NCBI GenBank assembly: GCA_030167865.1
Contig: JALAGF010006190.1
Location: 1-64,000 of the forward strand
Direction of reading: 5' to 3'
From: Craspedostauros australis
Taxonomy: Eukaryota
DNA: 64,000 nucleotides
A program made the position numbers and the translations under genes. A model generated the notes under the pieces. That model ran no database searches and was not told where the DNA came from. It saw only the letters and a program-made list of their open reading frames with translations. This document shows, piece by piece, positions 48,835 to 59,600 of the stretch; position 1 is the stretch's first letter; every line of letters begins with the position of its first letter.

Positions 48835-49884
48835 GATGATCGTAGTTGTTGTTTGTCGTCGAGAAGCGTGCTGTGTGACTTTTTGTGACAGAAGCGATGA
48901 TGTTGCTCTGGAGCAGCCTTTTTCGATGGTTTGCCTGGCACGTGAGACAGAGAGACACAGAGATCACGATAGGAACCATCCGAACCACCCATGTCACTCC
49001 GTGGCCACCCGCTCTCCTCTGCAATCATCACGTAGACAGCGGACGTATCAACCAGACGACGATTCTCGCGCGTACGTATTTCGTTCGAACTATTCGTATC
49101 TACCACAAGAGACAAAGAGCACCAAGACCATCACGCATCCTGCAGAAATCAGCGCAAACTCCGGCGTATCCGCGCCCGTATGTGTACGAGCTATTGGTGT
49201 GGTGCAGGGATACCTCTGTTCACTCGCAATTGCAGCGAAATCAACCAAACAGCAACGTACGAGCCCTCATGCGTGGGCAAAAGTCAGGCAACGTGGACAA
49301 CAACGACACCCATCGTCGCTTGTGCCGGTACACCAGACCACGCGACGCGACGCGGAAAACGACAACGCACCAATTCCCACCCAAAGGAAAAGATTCCAAC
49401 AATCCTCATCTCCCTCGTCACAAACGCGTGCGTCAGATGTCTCCGTGCCACATCTTGTGTGGCTGTGATGACGTACACATCACTCACACAACGCAACTGC
49501 TGTTGTCGAACATTCGGACAAGCTGACAGCGAAGACGCGCAAGATATTTCGTACCAAGTATTGGATACTTGGTGGTGGTATCGTATTCTTGTTCGTAGTA
49601 CCAGGCATCACACACAACAAAGCGCTTCTCTGCCTTGGCCTCACCAACGCGAACATTGACAGGAGCAGAGGCAGCTGAGTCAACGGTTCTGCTTTCCAGG
49701 CCCCCTTCGCCGACGACTCCAGGTCTGCGCACATGCCGATACTCATACTCGTTGCAGATCTTACCACACAAGAGCCATCACATTCCATTCCCATCTCTAA
49801 TCACATTCATCTCAGTGGAGCATTGTTGCAACACTCATATTCTACTACTCTACTATACTGCACCATACTGTGAACGGCACTGCC

Positions 49885-49940
49885 TACCATACCACACCAT
49901 ACCATACCATACCATACCATACCATACCATACCACACCAC
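49885..49940. repeat. (ACCAT/ACCAC)n pentamer microsatellite upstream of menB
   Basis: About 11 tandem units. Confidence 0.9.
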
Positions 49941-49993
49941 ACCACACATTCCATTCCACGGGACGACTGGGCAGGCGAACCACGGCGAGCAAA

Positions 49994-50938
49994 ATGGATG
50001 TGGCGTCCATGAGCGCGGCGCGGAACCCTTCGAAGACGGCGGCTCCAACGAAGGATCGCGACGGTTTCCACCTCATCAGCCGAGAGCACATCCGCTGGAT
50101 GCCCGATGCTCAGTTGAGCGGAAGCACCGCCTTCCAGGACATCACGTACCACGTGTCGGAGGCTGATCATTGCGCGCGGATCGCGTTCAACCGACCGCAG
50201 GTGCTGCATGCCTTCCGCCCGCAGACGATACGCGAAATCCAGCAGTCGCTCGGCATGGCGTCGGAGGACCCGCGCGTTGCCGTGGTCATCCTGGCGAGCA
50301 ACAACGTGCCGTCGCAGTACACGCCCGCCTTCTGCGCCGGTGGAGACCAGTCCGTGCGATCCAACGACGGTGGCTACCAGGACGGCACGGAAGTGCAGCC
50401 CAAGCTGCGCGTCCTCGATCTCCAGGTGCAGATGCGGCGCTGTCCCAAACCGATCATCGCCGTGGTGGACGGGTACGCCATCGGCGGCGGCCATATCCTG
50501 CACATGATGGCCGACATCACGCTGGCCTCCGACCGTGCGGTCTTTGGCCAGACAGGTCCGCGGATGGGATCATTCGACGCCGGATACGGCAGCACCCACA
50601 TGGCGCGGCTGGTCGGCCAAAAGCGAGCGAGGGAGATATGGTTCCTGTGCCGGTACTACGATGCCAAGGACGCCTTCCAGATGGGCCTCATCAACGCGTA
50701 CTACCCCGTCGACGAGCTGGAAGGAAGGGTGGCGCAGTGGGTGAGGCGCATCGTCATGAACTCGCCCACTGCTCTTGCATGCTGCAAGGCCGCGCTCAAT
50801 GCTGACGAGGACGGTGGGGCAGGCATCATGCAGATGGGTGGGGAACTCACGCGTCTCTTCTACATGTCGAAGGAATCGCAGGAAGGCAGGGACGCATTTT
50901 TGCAGAAGCGGGCCCCCAATTTTAGGAGTAAGCTGTGA
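49994..50938 (+). CDS. menB: 1,4-dihydroxy-2-naphthoyl-CoA (naphthoate) synthase with C-terminal SKL
   Basis: IAFNRPQVLHAFRPQT, AFCAGGDQSVR, GYAIGGGHILH, FGQTGPRMGSFDAGYG, VGQKRAREIWFL; ends FRSKL*. An extra upstream exon cannot be excluded. Confidence 0.95.
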   Translation: MDVASMSAARNPSKTAAPTKDRDGFHLISREHIRWMPDAQLSGSTAFQDITYHVSEADHCARIAFNRPQVLHAFRPQTIREIQQSLGMASEDPRVAVVILASNNVPSQYTPAFCAGGDQSVRSNDGGYQDGTEVQPKLRVLDLQVQMRRCPKPIIAVVDGYAIGGGHILHMMADITLASDRAVFGQTGPRMGSFDAGYGSTHMARLVGQKRAREIWFLCRYYDAKDAFQMGLINAYYPVDELEGRVAQWVRRIVMNSPTALACCKAALNADEDGGAGIMQMGGELTRLFYMSKESQEGRDAFLQKRAPNFRSKL

Positions 50939-52226
50939 GCTGCGTTCCATCTTCCTTCTTCTCTTTGTTGTTTCAATGAACGCTCGTATTGTGTTGGTGA
51001 ATATCGTGGAGTGTACTATTATATATTAATATTATATAATATATGATACTGTATAGAGAAGAGGACATGACGTTGTACGCTCTCCAGCACTGTTATAGCA
51101 GAGTATTAGCACTACTCTATTCCATGCTGTACTTGGTGATCCAATTGTGACCACTCAGAGCGGATCAGAATAGAGTAAAAGATGGCATCATATGATATTG
51201 TATTGTTATAATAGGATTCGTCTCTGCCAGCAATTATGGCGTAGCAAAATACTCTTCACGTGCATGGTGCTTGGCTTCGAGATTGCTTCGATTTGATGAT
51301 GACGGTGGCATGATGGTGTGATCCTCTTTCAGGTGCTCTGCTCTCTGAAGAGAGAGAGAGGACGAAGCACCAAGGTGTTGCGTTGTCGTGATTTTGCGAG
51401 GACGTCCAGATCTCTCACTCATTCTTGTTGTGGTTTGGATTGGAGACGTGGATGGTGGCGAGAACGGATGAGAATGACGTCACACGCTGAGATTTTGAAC
51501 GCTTTCGGAGTGATGACATCCAGCGCGCCCAAATGTGATGTCACATCATGTCATGTCACACATGTGTCATGTCATTCCATTTCGTGCGACTTCCGCGCCC
51601 TCTCGTTCCATGTCAACAACAATGACATCGATTCGCCTTGTCACCACATCACCATCAGACCAACACATCGATGATGGGCTGGTGGTTCTGGTCCCATGCA
51701 TGTTCCTTGGAACTTTTCTCGCCGCAGTGCTTTGTTCTGGTTTGTCTGTCGGAATTCTTCCTCTTCCTCCTTGTCTCCAGGAGCAGTCCCTACTGCGACG
51801 TGCGGCACCTACGGTAAGAATAGGAGTGGGCCACGTGGGCGGCATGAGCATAGTGATGGGAGTATGGCACCTTTGCCTGGCTGTTTGCGTCTATTCCTCT
51901 CTGGCTTTCTGTGTGGTTGGAGAGACACAGAGAGAGAGAGAAGACCAAGAGGACCACACTATACTGGTACTTGCTCCCCCTCTCACCATTGCCACTTTGG
52001 ATTGAGTAGAGTGTTTGTACTCTTGAAGAGTTGGGGATGGTCATGCTTTGACATTTTTCGGGTTTCTCCATCACTGCAGAGCAATCAATCAATCGATCAA
52101 CCACAAAAGAGCAAGACGTTGAGGGCGATAGCCATCAACACCAACAACTGCAGCAGCAGCGCCACCATCAGCGCCAGAACATCGCGAGAGCGTCACATCA
52201 GAGTTCTTAAGAGTTCATCACACATC

Positions 52227-53186
52227 ATGAAGTTCCTCTTGTATCGACGGTTGCAAAAGGCAGCACTCAAGGATCTGCGCAAGCAACGAAGAAGCAGGCC
52301 TCAGATGGTTCGGACCACAGCCGCTGGTTCCAGGGGTGGAATCGCAGCACGTGGCGACCGTGCGAGCCCCTTGGTCCAGAGCCCAGCCACAAAGACCTGG
52401 GGCCAGAGGTGCTCGGAGACATGCGGGTGTCTCTTGAGATTCGAGACGACCATCGATCCGCAGACCCAAAGGATCACCGACGTGTCCTACGATGCCAAGA
52501 CGTTGTTGACTACGACAATAACATCAGCGCAGTTGCCTGCTGAGAATCGAACAAAGCTGCAGCCACAGCTCACGAATAGAACGGGAAGGCCCATGATGGC
52601 ACCATGCAAATGCGAGACGGTGCACGAGCTGTGCGCGCAGGCGGTCGATTTTCTACCTGGGCAGACCATGCACAGCGCCCGCAACATGATGGAGTTTGCC
52701 TCCTTCCGATCGTCTGACGCTCTGCGCCATGCCATCCTCATAAAGCACGAGCGGCCCACGTCGGACTTGCACTGCTTCGATCTGGTGGAGGAATCACTGG
52801 CCGCTGCCATTCACGGATACATGCCGTCGCGACGGAGAAGGCGGGCCGAAGCGTACGGATCGATGCTTTCCCGCAGGCTGCTCATGCAGGAGAAATGCAC
52901 GCAAGACGAGGATGGCGTGGTGGTCGCGGTGCAGGGCCAACCCGACTCCGGTCAGCCACGCACGAATGACACAACAGCATCTCTGTCATCTCCATCGTCG
53001 TTCTTTGATAACGACGACAGCGCATCTGCGGAGACCCACAGCATCCGGACCTGGACTGACTACGTCGCAGAACAGCGCTACGGTGAAGCATCGCGAGCGC
53101 CGGGCCCCAAGATCTACGATTGGGTGTCATACGTGGACAGCTACGGGCAGCAACGCCCACATGAAGAACAGGAGAAGGCCGCGTGA
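52227..53186 (+). CDS. Hypothetical protein with divergent IscU/NifU-N-like motif spacing and an Arg-rich N-terminus
   Basis: ETCGCLLRFETTID...RITDVSY, CKC...FLPGQTMHSA and LHCFDLVEESLAAAI parallel IscU CGD/GC/GKT/HCxxLAxxA. Judged by eye only. Confidence 0.6.
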   Translation: MKFLLYRRLQKAALKDLRKQRRSRPQMVRTTAAGSRGGIAARGDRASPLVQSPATKTWGQRCSETCGCLLRFETTIDPQTQRITDVSYDAKTLLTTTITSAQLPAENRTKLQPQLTNRTGRPMMAPCKCETVHELCAQAVDFLPGQTMHSARNMMEFASFRSSDALRHAILIKHERPTSDLHCFDLVEESLAAAIHGYMPSRRRRRAEAYGSMLSRRLLMQEKCTQDEDGVVVAVQGQPDSGQPRTNDTTASLSSPSSFFDNDDSASAETHSIRTWTDYVAEQRYGEASRAPGPKIYDWVSYVDSYGQQRPHEEQEKAA

Positions 53187-54865
53187 GTTAACGAGACGAA
53201 CGACTGCCTCGATGATGAACGTAGCCAGCAGTCGAAATGTATGTCATACTCAAGCGTTGATTCATCTGCGCCTCTCGTTGTGGTCATCTCATGAGGGATC
53301 AACACCCCACCCGACTTCGGCTGACGGCAGCGCCCGTTTGTTCGCAAACATGCGCGTGCCCGAATCTGCTGCCTTCACCCTTCGCGATAATTAGTATACA
53401 ACACGTAACCATAAGAACAATGCAGCAATCTCATTGTCTGTGTAACACAGCGCTCTTCTATGTTCATACTCTCTTGACGGTATGTTCCAAATCCAAGTTG
53501 GACTTCGATCGCGCTGCCATCACACCAGTACGTGTGCGTGCACGCTCGCTTAGTTTTGTCATGTTTTCGGTTTTGTCATGCAGCCATGCTAGTGCGTGCT
53601 CGAAGCTGTGCCTGTAACTGTAGCTGTACTTCCTTCTCCAGATGCTGAGGTTGCATGATGTTGCCAAGGGCGGAGCAAAATGAGGATACTTCGCGTCAGA
53701 TGATTCCGCCTTGAGACGAGCGGAGCAAAGCTGCATTTAATGTATCCCACGATCTTCGCAGTGTGACTTTCATTGCCAGGCCTGCCGTGATCGATTGCCA
53801 GGAGGACTTGACGCCGTCGAATGGAGGTTTTGATTCCGTCTGGATTCGTTCTATGCCCTTCCTCTTCCACATGCCGGCTGTGGCAGCAGCGTAGACATCG
53901 TTGGTCATCTCAACGAGCGACCGCAACGCATCATCGCGCGAGGATGTCGCGATGGACTCGACGGAGATACGATCTAATGGATGGGTGGAGACCAGCATCA
54001 CGTGCATTTCCCAGCCCAGCCGCCTCGGCTGCAATCATTGTCATCGCTGCCGAGACGACCATATCTTGTGCGTGATACCTCAACCGAGAAGGAACGACTC
54101 CTGCAATCGCTCCTGGAGCGTATCTCGCAGTCGTCCGCAGGCGTTGTGGTGGGCTGTTCTGGGTTGTGGCTTGGTGTGAGCTGTGGCTCGGCATCTCCTC
54201 AATAGGTCGTACTTGTGCGTTCGCGTACCATCCCATCCTTTCATGCTGTGGCTCCTGCACAACCAGAACCTCCTCAAAATCTGTCGTCATGAACAAGAAC
54301 CACGACGAGTCTGGACAGGTGAGGTTGTGACCGGATTTGCTTTTGTTCTTTGACAAATTATCATGTATTTATGCATATGACCACACCTCCCATAAGGAGT
54401 CCGTTGTGATGTGTGTGACACATGAATTTCGGTGAGAATAGGTGCGCGAGCTCGTAAACAAGCCGAGCAGCACGCGAGGCTTCATGTCACATTGTGGAAC
54501 AACGGCGCGCAACAACGCGATGTCTGCGCGCAAACCTTGTCCCGCCACGCCGCCAAAAATTTGTGATGTGAGCGTAGATGGAAGGCGGGAGAAGTGATGA
54601 CGATGGGAAATGACACCAGGACGAGGTCAGGAATGAGCATCTGGCCTTGCGCTGTGCATCAAGCACAAAAGGAGAGGAGCAGCGGATCGCCAACAACCGC
54701 ATTCTCTCTCGTCCCGCTACATTTCTGCCGTCATCGTGCTGACTTGATTATCCGGACCCGTGCGCGTGGGCGTTCCATCGACATTGCCATTGCCATTGCC
54801 ATCATAACAATCGCGCAGAACGCCAGAGCAGAGTGAACTGCAGCCAACTGCACTTTACCACCAAC

Positions 54866-55231
54866 ATGGCAAAGCACCAGAACTTCCTGAAGGATGAAAA
54901 TGGGCAGTTGGTCATTGCCAACGGCTCGCCGATCATAGCGAAAGTGCTCTCCAAGAATCGCAAACCCAACTCTTGCCAGAAGTGCGGCTTCTCGCACTGG
55001 TGCGTGGGGGACACCTGCTTTATCATCCAGAACCCAGGCGGTGGCATGGAGTGGCTCTGTCCAAACTGCGCCCTTCGAAAGGGTCTCCCGAGAGAGCATC
55101 ATGTCCAGAACAAGTACTCCCAACCGCCTCCCATCTTCCACGTGGATTCTGACAAAGCGGCCACTCCGGCATGCAGCCAGCTCGGATGGCAGACGATCAC
55201 CGGAGACCTATTCTCCATGTTCTCGTCCTAG
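54866..55231 (+). CDS. Small hypothetical protein with a putative Zn finger (possibly the first exon of a larger gene)
   Basis: ATG in CAACATGG context; CQKC...GD...WLCPNC. Confidence 0.35.
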   Translation: MAKHQNFLKDENGQLVIANGSPIIAKVLSKNRKPNSCQKCGFSHWCVGDTCFIIQNPGGGMEWLCPNCALRKGLPREHHVQNKYSQPPPIFHVDSDKAATPACSQLGWQTITGDLFSMFSS

Positions 55232-56664
55232 AGAGGATCGTCCTCATGCCTTCCTGTCAATCTTTCGGTGCACCAGACACATGGGACGTGTCACACGTCA
55301 CATGGCGCATTGCAACCAGGATCAGATATGTCACGATGCGACATGCTAGGCAAAACAGCCTCGTACTTTACGACATACACTCTCCAGCATTGGTGTGGCG
55401 TCATGTGCATGTCCATGCCCATGCCCATGCATACCGACGCAGCCAATCCTCTCAGCCGAACGCATCGTCTTCCTCGAACCCGCAGGTCAGAATGGGAGGA
55501 GTTGCACACGCATACTGATGGCACCTCCCTGATTCGCTCTTCAGGGAGCTAGAACGCTCACGAACCTAGCACTCTCCATTGTGCTTCCAGGCCCTAGCAG
55601 ATTTTCACACAGCTGACCTTGACAAGAGGCAAGGCACCATGCAACTGTCACTCTATTCCGTGTTCCTGTTGATTGTTGTGTCTGCTCGGATTCATCCGGA
55701 GCAGGCGTTGGCAACTGGGGGAGGTATGCTCATCCATGCACTCGCTCACGGGGATATGGCCGAAATCCTGGATATCCACGCAACCAGCTCGCACCTCGCC
55801 CCCAAATCTCCGAGTACCGAGGATGAATCCATTGCATCCAACACATGGGTGTAGTGTTTGCACCGATGGACTCTTCTGCACTCAACGTTCGCACATCGAT
55901 GCACACAGCCGTTGATCGGAACTGCTTGCTCTGAGTCGCCTGCTCTGGTCAGTTCTGGGCTCAGAGCCGGCTCATTGCGAGTGACCGATACAAGCGTCGC
56001 GTACTCGCAGCGCAGTGCGACGTGGTACAGTGCAAGATAATCCACTCTGCTCTGTGCAAGATGCGCAAGATACGATTGGTCTGGGCATCTTCTCGGGCGG
56101 ATTGTACGAGTATGCTTCCAAGCCAATCGGTTTCGTCGCGCTTGCGAAGAAGGAAAAGGAGTGCACAGAGTCCGTTCCCAAATCATTCCCCGAACCAGGG
56201 AGAGGAATCGGGGCAGCCTAACCCTGAGCCACAATCAGCTTAGCTCCGCGCAGCTGCCATTTATTGTAGATATTCCAGAACGAGCAGAGTGAGCGCGAAT
56301 CCAGAAACATACGAGTATGCTGGTGGTCGATCATCACTTGTGCGTACGAGCACTCTGCTTTGTAATGGACAGCCCGCTCTATTTTTATCTCCAGACGGGA
56401 GTGGGGGTTAGTGCGATAATGCAATAGTATCTATGGCAACATAAATGCTTCTAATATACAATCAATTCGCACCCGCACCTGCGCCCACCTAAACATTTCC
56501 ATCCACAATATCGGCACCACTCATATACACGTAAACGCACCATTTTCGCTACTCGTGTACTCGTATGTGGGTGCGAGTACGGTGTCCGTGCATGCTCATG
56601 GGATTGCCGTTCATTGGCCGCTTTATGATTACATAAGAGTACTCTACGACAGTCGCCTCGTCTG

Positions 56665-59600
56665 TCATTCCTCAGCTTTCTGGTCTGTCGACAAGGCCAA
56701 CGCAGCCTCGATAGCTGTAGCCTTGCCCTCAACGGCACCGAACAGAGCGTCGCCCAGCTCCACGTCTCCCTTCTCCAACGCCAGGTCTCCCTTCACGACA
56801 TCGCGGAACATCTCCAACGACCACTTCATGAGCTTGTTCTTGATGAACTCCTCAAAGAATGACCCATTCTCTGGGAACAAATAAGAGAGTATCCTTGGGG
56901 TCACGATTTCCATCTGGACTCTCATCAGGCACGAGCTTTGCTCTCCTGGCAAGAACTCCACGATGCCAGTGTTCTTCAATCCGCTGACAGACTCCCACCG
57001 AATCCCCTTCAGGGGCGCCTCCAGCAGAGAACTTCTGGCTCTCCACCGAAACGTGAAACCTCGGACGTTCAGCGTCCACTCCGTCTCTCGTCCATCCTCG
57101 ATGTACTTTACTGATGATATCCACGGAGACCATCTGGGCAGCTGTGGCAAATCGATGAACCGCGAGCATGCCGTCTCAGCTGAAAATGGAAGCGGCAAAG
57201 ACACACTCACGCTCATGCTCCTGCCACCATCGCTGGTCGACGTGGACACTTCGTACTGCTGGAGCATGAATTCTGACGATGGGCTTTCGCCACTCCCACG
57301 CCCACTGCCAGCACTGCTGGTCATGGAGGTGACATCAACAAGATCGAGCTCGTTGGTTGGGGCTCTGCTCGTTGTTGCCTCCATGTGGCTTCTGACCTTC
57401 GAGGATGGGACGAGAAAGTCTTTCGAATCTCGCAGCTCATCGAGCCGCAACCCGTATAGCGCGCGTGAGATGGACACCACGTTCAGGTAACCATTCTCGT
57501 TGACGTACGATCCGAATGCAGGTGATAGGATGTCGTCAGCCAGCAGCGAAAACGTTCCTAAACCGTGAGGGTAGTCGGTGGCCACGTCTGGCATCGCCTT
57601 TCCGTTTTCGCTCGCGCCAGCGGTTGGCGACATGTCGGATACACTCGCCAGTAGCGATACGTATGCGAGCCCAATGCCGGATTCGAATGTTGACGTGAAC
57701 ACCGCACCAATGCCAAGCTGTTGCCTTCCAGCGCGAGCCAACATTGCAGAGAGTTCCATCCCCAGCACGGATGGTTTTAACACAAACGCTGCGCACCCCC
57801 TGTTCGATGTCGAAAATACTTTTTGCAGATCGGAGAACATCAAGCTGAAGTCGCCTCCACGCTGATTCGCCAGATCCACCAAGCTCTCATCAAGCGCATA
57901 TGAAACATTGGTTGCTCTGTGAAACGCCTCGAGCGAGGACACGTGAGCTTCCAGATCCCATACTGAGTTTCTCACGATGGGCTCCTCTATGTACTCGATA
58001 CGTTGCAGTGTGGCTGGTTCAATCTTGCCAAGGATGTCGATGAATTGGGTGGCGCCATCCATGCTCCAGGCTCGGTTTGCGTCGAGTCTCACCATACCAG
58101 TCCGTGAACTGGAACGTCGCGATAGCTGGAGAGCTAGAATGACAGATTCGAAATCTCTCTCCGTGTCCTGATGGCCGATCTTCACTTTCATGGAGGCATA
58201 CCGCTGCGACTTAGCAGAGTCGATAGCCCTGCCGCTCTCTTGCACACCTCGAGTTATGATGCCATTGAGCGCAAGCATGGGGACCGCATCACGGCCGCTC
58301 GTAGAAAATGGAGAATGGACCAGTAATGCTTCATGCAATGGTTTTCCAGTTAGTTGTGACGCAAGAGACAACAACGCCATCTCAAAGCCGGCTTTGACAA
58401 CAGGCAAGAGCCGCTCAATACCGAGTGCGTCACACAGTTCGGACAGGTAGATGTCCACTGCACCATCCATCGACAAGATCCTGGTCGCGCTGAAATTTGG
58501 TGCGTGATTTGCACCCATCTTGCTAATCTTTTCAGATATCTCATCAAGTTGGTCTCGGACATCATCCATCGACTCCCTGTGTAATCCAGGCAGCGCAGAC
58601 GCTTCGCCGATCCCCACCTTCTTATGTTCTGATGACGAGAACAGTTGGACGATGAAACCTGATCTTGAACTCAGGCCGCTGGGCGTTTCAGGCGCAGCGC
58701 CTTTCCCCCATCCAACTCCGAACACCGCCCCTTCCTTGCGGTCGGTATCGTACATGGGCAGTGCGAATGCCTCAAATTCGACGCCGTCGATGGCGGCGAT
58801 CAAGTCCTGGTCCTGGCGCGAAGGTCGGCTGGTTACTGACGATCGCAGGCTGGAAGGTACGCCTGCTGCTTTGGGGGCAATCGATTCGTCTTGTTGCAAG
58901 AGTCCAAAAGTTTGGCTACAGTTCTTCGTGTCTCCGTACTCATTGGATACAAAGGTGAAGATATTGTCAGCGACATCTACTGGAGCCTGCACAAGTAATG
59001 CGTGGCCACAGCCTGGAACCACTGTGTGGTATGGTCCATTGTTCTGCGTCGCCCAGTTGCTGCCAAGGCTTGAGTATTTCCTGTCCAGCTGCCCGCTCAT
59101 GAACAGCGTCCTGTCCGGGTGGCAAAAGGTCCAGTCGTACAGAGCATTTTTTGGTGGAGTGCATCCCTCGAGGACGGCAGCTATGCTGAGGCCACGAGTT
59201 GTGAGGCTTGCAATGCGTTTCGTCACTAGATCCCTGTAGGCCAGTCCCGAGCTGAAAAGATTGCCCCATAGCTTAGCACTGTACCACGACTCCACAAGAT
59301 CTGTCCACAGCGAAGCAGCAGCGGAGGGCTTTCGGTCGCTCATGTAGAACCGTTCTGTACGCCTAACGATGGCATTCGCGAGTTCGACGTCCGCTGCCAC
59401 TCTCTGTGATGCCTGATCCTGCTGCTTTCGAAGTGTAGAGCTCGACACCTCCGAAAGTGAATCGAATGCACCGGGATATGACCCAAGAAGCATCAACTTG
59501 CAGTCCGCGGACAGCAGCTTCTGCGACAGCGGCGATGTCTGCGACGCTTCGATCCGTTGCATCGCCAACGCGACACGTCCTCCAAGACTATATCCTGCGA

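Noticed and set aside
51696..52226. ORF-track N-terminal extension of the 496-aa ORF
   Set aside because: It includes a GA microsatellite and UTR-like sequence; ATG 52227 has the CATCATG context seen at other starts here.
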